In this document: positions 45,201 to 51,546 of the stretch, in pieces | Layout: each line of letters starts with the position of its first letter | Position numbering within the stretch: the first letter of the stretch is position 1 | Notes under the pieces: model-generated | Told to the model about the DNA's origin: nothing | Database searches by the model: none | Seen by the model: the letters and a program-made list of their open reading frames with translations, nothing else | Program-made: the position numbers and the translations under genes | Origin: an uncultured Bdellovibrionales bacterium | GTDB taxonomy: Bacteria > Patescibacteriota > Minisyncoccia > Moranbacterales > UBA1568 | Direction: 5' to 3' | NCBI GenBank assembly: GCA_964617535.1 | Contig: CAZTYU010000005.1 | Location: 6,096 to 57,641, forward strand | Length of the DNA stretch: 51,546 nt

Positions 45201-46473
45201 TGGCAGTCGAGGTCCGATTGTACACCATGCAGAGATGCGTCCACTTATTTTTTGGCAGACTGCCGGTCGCCGTATTCCACTGTGCATAGCCCAAACCCCC
45301 GCTCCAGCCGCTGAACACTGTAAGCAGTTCATTGGCTCCATCCGCCATGAATTGCCACCCGGTCGATGAAGCATCTTTCGCGACAAGCGTTCCATCGCCA
45401 GCGTCCTCTACGTTTGCCCAGAGACAGACCGTCAAATTCGAGATGTCATCGAGGTTCGCTGGGGAACCCATCCCGATATAGTCATCCACCCCGTCGAAAC
45501 TCATCGCTTGGCCGACCCGGCCTGCAATCGGCGTCGGGGCCGGCAGCGTTCCCGTTCCGAACGGCGTCCCTCGATTTGCCCCACCGCTCTGATCATAGAC
45601 ATAATCGCCGCGCTCCGTAGCGTCGAACGACCAGTAGCCTTTCAAACTCGTATCGACCCCGGTCGGCGATGTGAGACGGTACAGCTCGGCTGCCTGTTCG
45701 GCCGTAAAAGCCCGGGTCGGATAGTACCGCACCTCGTCGATCTTGCCGTCGAACGGGTTGCCGCCGTCGCTCTCGGCGCCGATACGCTGCGCCAGCGCAT
45801 TCCCCACCGGCTCCATATCGTTGATATTGCCGGTCACCGTCGGACTGTCGGGCAGGCCGTTGATATACATGGTCAGATCACCGCTACTTGGCGACATGGT
45901 GACGACGAAATGATTCCAACCCGTCGCCGTAAAGGTCGATGTCGAAGCGAGCTGATATTCGTCTACCCCATCGGAAAATTCAAAGATAAGCAGATCCGTC
46001 GCATCGTCGACATACACTACATAGCCATCTTCTGCTGCTGTAATGCCATTTCTCTTTGCAACGATCGTATCGTCCGTAGTAAAAGTGTCACGGTTGAACC
46101 AACCAGCGATGGTAAAGCGCGATCGCTCCAGCGCGAGCTCGAGCGGATCAGCATCCGGGGCGGTCACATAATCGTTCGTTCCGTCGAAATCCAACGCATA
46201 ACCGATCTGACCAGTCGTCCAGGTCGGACCATTGGTGAGCGTACCCGTCGCACCATTCACGCTCCCGTCAGTCGTACTCGTCCCGGTGTTTTCGTCGAAT
46301 CTCCAATACGCGGCGAGGCCATTCGCCGGATCGTTCGCCCCAGCTGTCTGGCCCGCTGTCGTGTTCGTCTTCACCCCGGCGCGCACCGCAAAATACCAGT
46401 AGCCCGCCCCCAACGTAATCAGGACGAGTATGATTCCTAGCCACTGCCATGTGCGACTGCTGGTGTGTGTCAT
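42211..46473 (-). CDS. Giant membrane-anchored surface protein with six LamG-like domains, paralogue 2
   Basis: 1,420 aa with the same (A/B)x3 LamG architecture and the signal anchor MTHTSSRTWQWLGIILVLITLGAGYWYF. Its start codon overlaps the GIY-YIG stop (ATGA at 46470..46473). Confidence 0.9.
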   Translation of the reverse strand: MTHTSSRTWQWLGIILVLITLGAGYWYFAVRAGVKTNTTAGQTAGANDPANGLAAYWRFDENTGTSTTDGSVNGATGTLTNGPTWTTGQIGYALDFDGTNDYVTAPDADPLELALERSRFTIAGWFNRDTFTTDDTIVAKRNGITAAEDGYVVYVDDATDLLIFEFSDGVDEYQLASTSTFTATGWNHFVVTMSPSSGDLTMYINGLPDSPTVTGNINDMEPVGNALAQRIGAESDGGNPFDGKIDEVRYYPTRAFTAEQAAELYRLTSPTGVDTSLKGYWSFDATERGDYVYDQSGGANRGTPFGTGTLPAPTPIAGRVGQAMSFDGVDDYIGMGSPANLDDISNLTVCLWANVEDAGDGTLVAKDASSTGWQFMADGANELLTVFSGWSGGLGYAQWNTATGSLPKNKWTHLCMVYNRTSTANDPTVYINAVSVAVTETQSPSGTMESDAPMDVNIGSYDNGVSNFFDGNIDEVRIYNRLFTAAEIKALYDRGTPNLANTGGTQPQGGSDLAAGLALYWPLDEGTGTNADDKGVGQNDGTLTNGPTWTTGQIGSAVDFDGTNDYVAVADPASGILDFALPSDNGNGDIFSVSLWFNRDTATTDDTLVAKKDDPATGDGYVVYIDDVDDKIYAKVQSTTNTPDISQSTSTTTYTTTGWHHLVVMFDEYLNPSGFFQCPRIFVDGVDVTDTGSCASYLHYVDNIANTLAFTVGAESDGGNPFDGKLDDVRVYTRPLTNADVNLLYRATVQTSGIDTGLRGYWSLDGSDTSASLTSWGVYDRSGLGNWGAVTSSPVAVRGRVGQAIQFDGANDYITMGDVDALDGLTTTSWSAWIKTTATTEKHFIDKSFCGGTSGDGPVDFGVNFSTVGKVAVYLANGSTVSGVVEGAIDVNDGEWHMATFTYDGSTILIYVDGRLDTTTAWAGGALTSTSNAVEIGGNCNGHGGLFWSGQIDEARAYSRVLSAAEIKALYDRGTPDKVNSSVSTPQGTGRLDSDLAAYWKLDEGTGTSAADSGANAFSAGTLTSGPTWGTGRIGSAVDFDGVDDHVLVSNPASLDDIIDVTLCAWVNPDGNDTHNYGNIVSRYSGGAAYWDLYIDQVDSNLGFGTSYNGNVYAERTSGLPTGSWTHICGVQVGTSGSGFRLYQNGSLVAATDSAGSAARSSTAGMDLAIGDEPGSTVAFSGLIDEVRVYRRVLSDDEIRQVYSLGVPTGTDTSLKGYWSFNGQDTVGTTAYDRSGAGNDGTLTNGPTVARGKLGQGVTFDGTNDYISVGTAFDFSTASFTLTSWVKPTNFSDFGTIIAKRDTFASNDMRFGFLLYSGTGEVTLNCGSGTTLTFDYSPPTNEWTHLALVVTTTSTDLYANGSFSESLAGCTTYGTDATAETRIGSVPDGPDAFTGAIDEVRAYSRILSASEIGALYNSGR

Positions 46474-46739
46474 GTAGTTCGACCCGTTAGAGACAGGAAA
46501 CGTTTCAATCGATTCTTGAGGTAGCGTTTGCCCATACCAGTCTTCAGGTACTTTTCACGATTGAAGGCGTCATGCGTATCGATACAGGCTTCATAATAGA
46601 TGATATCAAACGGCCCGCGTCCTTTGGTAGACGCTACTTTTCCATCGTTATGTTCTTTGAAACGCTTCCGCATGTCTTCGGTACAGCCAGTGTACCATTT
46701 GCCGTCTTTTTGGCTCGCGAGGATGTAGACGTACTGCAT
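46470..46739 (-). CDS. GIY-YIG (URI-domain) nuclease family protein
   Basis: 89 aa. YVYILASQKDGKWYTGCTEDMRKRFKEHN ... NREKYLK carries the GIY/YIG beta-hairpin, a conserved Arg and the catalytic Glu, as in the YhbQ/COG2827 type. Hand-counted GC is about 45-47 % on lines 46561 and 46621, against about 58 % in the flanking LamG genes. Confidence 0.88.
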   Translation of the reverse strand: MQYVYILASQKDGKWYTGCTEDMRKRFKEHNDGKVASTKGRGPFDIIYYEACIDTHDAFNREKYLKTGMGKRYLKNRLKRFLSLTGRTT

Positions 46740-46755
46740 AGCTGTCTCTAACGGG
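46483..46755. mobile_element. GIY-YIG cassette bounded by perfect 14-bp inverted repeats (putative selfish or invertible module)
   Basis: CCCGTTAGAGACAG at 46483..46496 and its exact reverse complement CTGTCTCTAACGGG at 46742..46755 enclose essentially the whole ORF. The low GC contrasts with the surroundings. Confidence 0.4.
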
Positions 46756-46825
46756 GCAAGCGAATCAACCCAAAGGCCAGAAGTATGCCGATGTATTGGA
46801 TGGTACGAGAACGAGTAAGGGTCAT
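46748..46825 (-). pseudogene. Collapsed LamG-gene remnant (25 codons: signal-anchor start joined to a ...PR-stop end)
   Basis: My translation is MTLTRSRTIQYIGILLAFGLIRLPR*. It resembles the LamG-3 N-terminus (MSAYSLTRSRTFQYVGILLIL). It ends in CCCGTTAG, like the ...GGCCGTTAG termini of the LamG ORFs. Confidence 0.5.
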
Positions 46826-46849
46826 GTATGTCGATTTTCAGTACCTTTC

Positions 46850-46858
46850 ATTATAGCA
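46850..46858 (-). promoter_or_regulatory. Extended -10 promoter element TGCTATAAT (minus strand) just after the LamG-3 stop
   Basis: Same 16-nt block as at 42120..42135. It is positioned to drive the remnant, the GIY-YIG ORF and LamG-2. Confidence 0.45.
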
Positions 46859-46865
46859 AGGCGAG

Positions 46866-49800
46866 CTACTTCCCAGAGCTGTAGAGCGCCTTGATTTCAC
46901 TTGCCGAAAGTTCTCGGTTATACACCCTTACTTCGTCCAATTTCGTATTGAGAAAATTTCCATAGTTCGTATCATTCTGCCACTGCGCGCCGATTGCGAA
47001 TCGCCCGCCGGTTGTCCCGAGCGGGCTTTGTGGCGTGCCGGTCGTCGGTACTAAAACACCATCAATATAAAGCTTTGCCGATGAACCATTTCGTGTGACA
47101 ACAACGTGGCGCCAACCAGACGAAAGTGTCGCTGATCCGATGACGCCCGTCGAAGAACAGCCCGATTCCGCAAAGGTGACCGAGGTGCTATCCACATCTA
47201 TCCGCGGATTATAGAAGCACCCTCCGGAATTGCCCCGCATAAGCGGGCTGCCTGTCGCTGAACCGGTCTGATTTACCCAAAACGCCACCGAATAGAGCGT
47301 CTGCTCGGTCGTATAATCGCCGAGCGCAATATAATCGTCCGTTCCATCAAATTGGAGCGCTTGGCCAAGCTTGCCCCACTTCACGGCTGGGCCACCAGTC
47401 AGCGTGCCGTCATTCCCCGCGCCGCTTCGATCATAGGCCGTCGTGCCACTCATATCCTGGCCGTTGAAACTCCAGTAACCCTTCAGCCCCGTATCGGTCC
47501 CAGTTGGCGTTCCAAGCCGGTAGAGCTGCCCCACCTCGTCCGCCGAGAGCGTGCGTCTATATATCCTGACATCGTCAATGAGGCCGTTGAAGTAGCTCGC
47601 GCCACCGCCAGACCAGCACCGACCGATGGTGATATTTGATTCGGTATTTACGGTCAATGCACTCGAGCTCGATTCGACAATCTTGGTCCCGTCGAGATAA
47701 ATGCTATTTGTTGTTCCTTGGTTCGTATATACCACATGGTGCCAGGTTGTGCCGAGGCCGGTTACTTGAGTGGAAACATACCCGCCAGTACCCGAAGACC
47801 CAAAGATGAGGTTCTCCGTACCTGTATTGTCATAGAGGAGACACTGATGATTCGAGCCCTCCTCTCCATTGATCTGACCGATTATCGGCATACCATCGAC
47901 AGCCGCATCTCCCTTTACCCAAGCTGCGACCGTAATCGAATCCGCCGAAACGAGTGTCGTCCCGAGACTGATGTAGTCATCAGTCCCGTCGAAGTCCACC
48001 GCGCTCCCGATCTGCCCCGTCGTCCATGTCGGTCCATTGGTGAGCGTCCCGGTAAAGCCGTTCGTACTCGCATCGGCCGCGCTCGTCCCAGAGCCCTCAT
48101 CGAGTTTCCAGTAGCCGGCGAGGCCTGAGTCGAGCCGACCAGTACCCTGTGGAGTCGAGACGCTCGTATTTGTCTTGTCAGGAGCGCTCGCATCATACAG
48201 CGACTTGATCTCGGCTGCGGTGAGAGCACGAGAGTATATCCGAACTTCGTCGATTAGAGCATTGGCATTTCGAGCGCTGGGATCAGAAACATCTGTACCA
48301 ATCACAAAGTCTGAAGAATTGGAAACTGATCCAGAGGGAGTTTCTGTATCAACTACGACACCATCAATATAGAAAGACATAGCACTCCCTGAGCGGACAC
48401 CGTAATAATGGTGCCATTGATTATCATTCGTTGTTGCTACAGTTGCCGTAGCATAATAGTCGGTCGTACCATTGCCGACAAAGAAAGACATGGTATTCGT
48501 ACTATCGTAAAGAAAAGCATACCCAGCTGAGTTAGGTGAACTGATGGGCTTCTTGGCGAGAGGAATATTGGCTGAACTCCCCTGACTCGAGTAGCCCCGT
48601 CCCTTCATCCAAAAACCGACTGAGAAGTCCCCCGAGCCGAAATCGAGGATGCCCGATGACGGGTCGCCCATCGTGATATAGGCATCCGTATCTGATCCGT
48701 TCGGGAAAAAGTCGAATGCCTGTCCCACGCGCCCTCCTTTCACCGCAGGACTATTGGTTATCGTCCCATTGTTTCCTGCGCCGCTCCGATCATAGGCCGT
48801 CGTACCGGATATGTCTTGGCCATTGAACGACCAGTAGCCCTTGAGGCTCGTATCGACGCCCGTCGGGGCAGTCAGGCGGTAGAGCTGAGCCACTTCATCT
48901 GCCGAGAGGATGCGGTCGTACAGGCGTGTCTCATCGATTTTCCCAGAATAATAGTCTTGGACTCCACCAAAGCTCCCAAGATACCCAGTAGTCGCCGTTG
49001 CGTCATCTACCGCTCCGGTGGTCGTTGTGCTCGATCCAGCCAGTGCGCCATCAATGTAAAGGGTTGCTCCAACCGCATCATCCCAGGTTGCTGTCAGATG
49101 ATGCCAGCCTTGATACTCCGAGGTGCTCGTATACGTCGGGCCGGCTACATCAGCATACGTTCCATAACTGCCGCGATAGAGCAATTCCCAGTGGTTATAC
49201 CCCACGGAGCAGCTGTTGAATTGGAGCTGCACATGGCTCCCCGGGGTCTCTGCCGCGAAGACGTTGCTATACGTACAGAGACTCAGAGCCTCGGTCGTAT
49301 TGACCCATGCCGATATGGTTCCTTTACGTGGGATCTTGGTCGCAAAAGATACATGGTCATTCGTCCCGTCAAAATTCACCGCGCTTCCGATTTGCCCAGT
49401 CGTCCAGGTCGGACCGTTAGTGAGCGTACCATTGTTGGCATTGACGCTTTTGTCGGCCGTACTCGTACCGGTGTTTTCATCAAAGGGGAAATACGCAAAG
49501 AGGCCGGAGTCAAGATTGCTTGTCCCCTGTTTCTGTCCCGCACTGGTGTTCGCCCTGTCAGGGCTGCCACGGTCATAAAACGACTTAATTTCATTTGCCG
49601 AAAGCGCGCGGTTGTAGACCCTTACCTCATCGAGGTTACCATTGAAAAATGCATCTGAAGCCGGACCACGAGTACCCAGTTTTGCGGTATAGGTTGAGGT
49701 TGCATATCCGCCACTAGTCGAATCGGAATTTGCGGTACTCGATTGAAGAATACCATCTGCATAGATCAGAAAACTATTGCTCGCATACGAGGTCGTGTTT

Positions 49801-51047
49801 GTCGTGATGACAAACGCGAAGTGATGCCACTGATTATCATTAAATCCGGTTTGAACTGATAGCCTACCTGATTGTCCACCATCACTGTTTTTAATCGTAG
49901 CCGTTAATCTTCCGCTTGTATCACCATCGAGACCGACATACCACCCGTCAGGAATATATCCTCCTTGTGAAATGAAGACTCCTCCCGTTGCAGAGGGGGC
50001 AGATTTGAACCAGCCCGTAGCAGTAAACGTGGTATTGGCGAATTGGTAAGGTGTGCTGACACCTAGATCGACATAATCATCCGTCCCGTCGAACTGGAAC
50101 GCTTGGCCAGCGCGACCATCAGTCACGGTTGGACCATTCGTGAGTGTCCCAGTATTTCCCGCGCCGCTCCGATCATAGGCGTTCGTCCCGGACACCGAAT
50201 CGCCATTAAACGACCAGTAGCCTTTGAGTCCCGTATCGACACCTGTCGGAGCAGTCAGGCGATAGAGCGACGAAACTTCGTCAGCCGACAGGGGCCGATC
50301 ATAGACGCGAACCTCGTCCAGCTTACCGTTAAAGTAGCCGGTAGCCGAATTAGTGCTGCCGATATACATCGTCCCTGATCCGGATGGGTACCCGCCCGCG
50401 ACCGTATCGGTACCCGTCGAATCAAGCGCCCCGTTGATATAAAAAGACACATTTGGCTTATCGAAAGTGGCCGCCACGTGCACCCACTGCCCCGCCGCAA
50501 CTGCTCCAGTTGAATATACAAACGCTCCGCCACCTCCCTGGTGGGACATTAGCTTTGTTGACGAACCATCGTGATAGAGCGCCAGCCCGTAGTAGGTATT
50601 GGAATCACCAGACGAATACTTTCGGACTATCTGGTACGTGGTGCCATTGGTCATGGTGCCATCGATATAGACCCAGGCAGCAACTGTCTTCTTGTCCTTT
50701 ACAATCGGGGTATCGCCCGTGCCAGCCGTTATATAATCATTTGTCCCGTCGAAATCGACCGCGCTCCCGATCTGCCCAGTGACCCAGGTCGGGCCATTGG
50801 TCAGCGTCCCGGTATTGCCATTGGTACTCGCATCCGCCGCGCTCGTTCCGGTGTTTTCATCGAGCTTCCAGTACCCGGCTAGTCCGGCAGAGAGGTCGCC
50901 AGTACCCTGTAACTGACTGCTGCTCGTATTTGTCTTTACGCCCGCGCGCGCAGCGAAATACCAACAGCCCGCGGCGAGAGCAGCCAGAATAAGCAGTATT
51001 CCTACGTACTGGAAGGTTCGCGATCGGGTGAGGGAGTATGCAGACAT
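46866..51047 (-). CDS. Giant membrane-anchored surface protein with six LamG-like domains, paralogue 3
   Basis: 1,393 aa with signal anchor MSAYSLTRSRTFQYVGILLILAALAAGCWYF, six LamG units and the same C-terminal ...LDEVRVYNRELSASEIKALYSSGK. Confidence 0.9.
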   Translation of the reverse strand: MSAYSLTRSRTFQYVGILLILAALAAGCWYFAARAGVKTNTSSSQLQGTGDLSAGLAGYWKLDENTGTSAADASTNGNTGTLTNGPTWVTGQIGSAVDFDGTNDYITAGTGDTPIVKDKKTVAAWVYIDGTMTNGTTYQIVRKYSSGDSNTYYGLALYHDGSSTKLMSHQGGGGAFVYSTGAVAAGQWVHVAATFDKPNVSFYINGALDSTGTDTVAGGYPSGSGTMYIGSTNSATGYFNGKLDEVRVYDRPLSADEVSSLYRLTAPTGVDTGLKGYWSFNGDSVSGTNAYDRSGAGNTGTLTNGPTVTDGRAGQAFQFDGTDDYVDLGVSTPYQFANTTFTATGWFKSAPSATGGVFISQGGYIPDGWYVGLDGDTSGRLTATIKNSDGGQSGRLSVQTGFNDNQWHHFAFVITTNTTSYASNSFLIYADGILQSSTANSDSTSGGYATSTYTAKLGTRGPASDAFFNGNLDEVRVYNRALSANEIKSFYDRGSPDRANTSAGQKQGTSNLDSGLFAYFPFDENTGTSTADKSVNANNGTLTNGPTWTTGQIGSAVNFDGTNDHVSFATKIPRKGTISAWVNTTEALSLCTYSNVFAAETPGSHVQLQFNSCSVGYNHWELLYRGSYGTYADVAGPTYTSTSEYQGWHHLTATWDDAVGATLYIDGALAGSSTTTTGAVDDATATTGYLGSFGGVQDYYSGKIDETRLYDRILSADEVAQLYRLTAPTGVDTSLKGYWSFNGQDISGTTAYDRSGAGNNGTITNSPAVKGGRVGQAFDFFPNGSDTDAYITMGDPSSGILDFGSGDFSVGFWMKGRGYSSQGSSANIPLAKKPISSPNSAGYAFLYDSTNTMSFFVGNGTTDYYATATVATTNDNQWHHYYGVRSGSAMSFYIDGVVVDTETPSGSVSNSSDFVIGTDVSDPSARNANALIDEVRIYSRALTAAEIKSLYDASAPDKTNTSVSTPQGTGRLDSGLAGYWKLDEGSGTSAADASTNGFTGTLTNGPTWTTGQIGSAVDFDGTDDYISLGTTLVSADSITVAAWVKGDAAVDGMPIIGQINGEEGSNHQCLLYDNTGTENLIFGSSGTGGYVSTQVTGLGTTWHHVVYTNQGTTNSIYLDGTKIVESSSSALTVNTESNITIGRCWSGGGASYFNGLIDDVRIYRRTLSADEVGQLYRLGTPTGTDTGLKGYWSFNGQDMSGTTAYDRSGAGNDGTLTGGPAVKWGKLGQALQFDGTDDYIALGDYTTEQTLYSVAFWVNQTGSATGSPLMRGNSGGCFYNPRIDVDSTSVTFAESGCSSTGVIGSATLSSGWRHVVVTRNGSSAKLYIDGVLVPTTGTPQSPLGTTGGRFAIGAQWQNDTNYGNFLNTKLDEVRVYNRELSASEIKALYSSGK

Positions 51048-51063
51048 GAGGTGGATGAGCCGC

Positions 51064-51118
51064 TAGTTGTTAGTTACTAGTTTCTAGCGTCTGTTCGACA
51101 CAAATCTGCTAACAACTA
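51064..51118. repeat. Perfect 10-bp inverted repeat in the CTAG-rich LamG-3 leader
   Basis: TAGTTGTTAG (51064..51073) and CTAACAACTA (51109..51118) are separated by 35 nt. Six CTAG tetranucleotides occur within 51062..51134. Confidence 0.6.
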
Positions 51119-51147
51119 AGAACTAGTCGCTAGCTACTATTTCTTCC

Positions 51148-51156
51148 ATTATATCA
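51148..51156 (-). promoter_or_regulatory. Extended -10 promoter element TGATATAAT (minus strand) for LamG-3
   Basis: The reverse complement of 51148..51156 is TGATATAAT. It overlaps the VanZ stop codon, about 100 nt upstream of the LamG-3 ATG. Confidence 0.45.
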
Positions 51157-51531
51157 TCGCTTGTTCCTCGTGCTGAGGGCATAAATGACGGCCAAAGCAA
51201 TGGCAATCCCAATGCCATCAATCGCGACGTCGGATAGCCGCGCACCGCGCCCGAACACGAATGACTGATGGAATTCGTCGAGCGCACCGTAGGCGAGCGC
51301 GAATGCTCCGGAGAGGATCAAAACAAGTAGGGGTCGCTCGCGTGTATAGACCGCGACAAAGAAACGGAACGCGAGGAATGCCAGGACGGCGTATTCGAAG
51401 ACGTGGGCACTTTTCCGTTCCAGCACATACCAAAGCGGCGGCTCGATGTCCTGCCCGCTCCCCGGCATTTCGGAAAACGCGAAAATCACCACACACCAGA
51501 TGAAGAGCGGGATGAACCTCCGAATCCGCAC
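51154..51531 (-). CDS. VanZ-family membrane protein (start uncertain, the frame stays open to the window edge)
   Basis: 125 aa from the GTG at 51531. Four TM helices, with KSAHVFEYAVLAFL and DEFHQSFVFGRGARLSDVAIDGIG, which are typical VanZ-like motifs. Confidence 0.8.
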   Translation of the reverse strand: MRIRRFIPLFIWCVVIFAFSEMPGSGQDIEPPLWYVLERKSAHVFEYAVLAFLAFRFFVAVYTRERPLLVLILSGAFALAYGALDEFHQSFVFGRGARLSDVAIDGIGIAIALAVIYALSTRNKR

Positions 51532-51546
51532 GTCCTCGAAATATCG

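Noticed and set aside
44377-45369. Long + strand ORFs inside the LamG genes (37628..38545, 44377..45369, 45508..46440, 48816..49658)
   Set aside because: They are antisense to the six-domain LamG reading frames, whose repeated motifs confirm the minus-strand frame. No independent start or stop context or motifs were seen.
1-51546. tRNA, rRNA, tmRNA, riboswitch or integrase/transposase genes
   Set aside because: All intergenic gaps over 100 nt were read on both strands. I saw no cloverleaf-compatible sequence, no rRNA-like conserved blocks and no recombinase motifs.

Overview
High-GC (hand-counted lines about 57-63 % GC), tightly packed bacterial window with no rRNA, tRNA or CRISPR visible. 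The gene content points to a Patescibacteria/CPR (Parcubacteria-like) genome; this is an inference from the archaeal-type UMP kinase, the INS-less ProRS, a VirB2-like 'CPR pilin' module and the giant LamG proteins. Left to right: a membrane-anchored ClpA/B-like AAA+ ATPase that runs off the left edge. An envelope glycosylation group follows (polytopic membrane protein, GT4). Then a minus-strand housekeeping and proteostasis string: ispH, pyrH, proS, a catalytically dead HtrA paralogue, a membrane protein, clpB behind a perfect CIRCE operator, htrA, a PpiC-type PPIase and an FtsB-like protein. Next is a low-GC (38-43 % on sampled lines) type II restriction-modification island that appears to truncate a + strand gene, then a proline/arginine-rich orphan ORF, dus and another orphan. 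After that come an Rrf2-regulated sufCBDSU-ferredoxin-sufT operon, 2-oxoacid:ferredoxin oxidoreductase and xseBA (XseA carries an N-terminal HRDC domain). The last 17.5 kb (33.7-51.0 kb) is a same-strand cell-surface island. It holds a 1,229-aa protein whose N-terminus is a T4SS/VirB2-like pilin module fused to CBM6-like, Cys-rich, PT-linker and parallel beta-helix domains, with an internal 897-nt perfectly identical tandem tract. It also holds three tandem ~1,400-aa paralogues, each built as (LamG-A/LamG-B)x3. The LamG genes are separated by a low-GC GIY-YIG nuclease cassette bracketed by perfect 14-bp inverted repeats, a decayed second copy of that cassette, a collapsed LamG remnant, a MITE-like insert and reiterated extended -10 boxes. 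These junctions are the most unusual and least explained part of the window. All domain calls come from reading the translations by eye, with no database searches.
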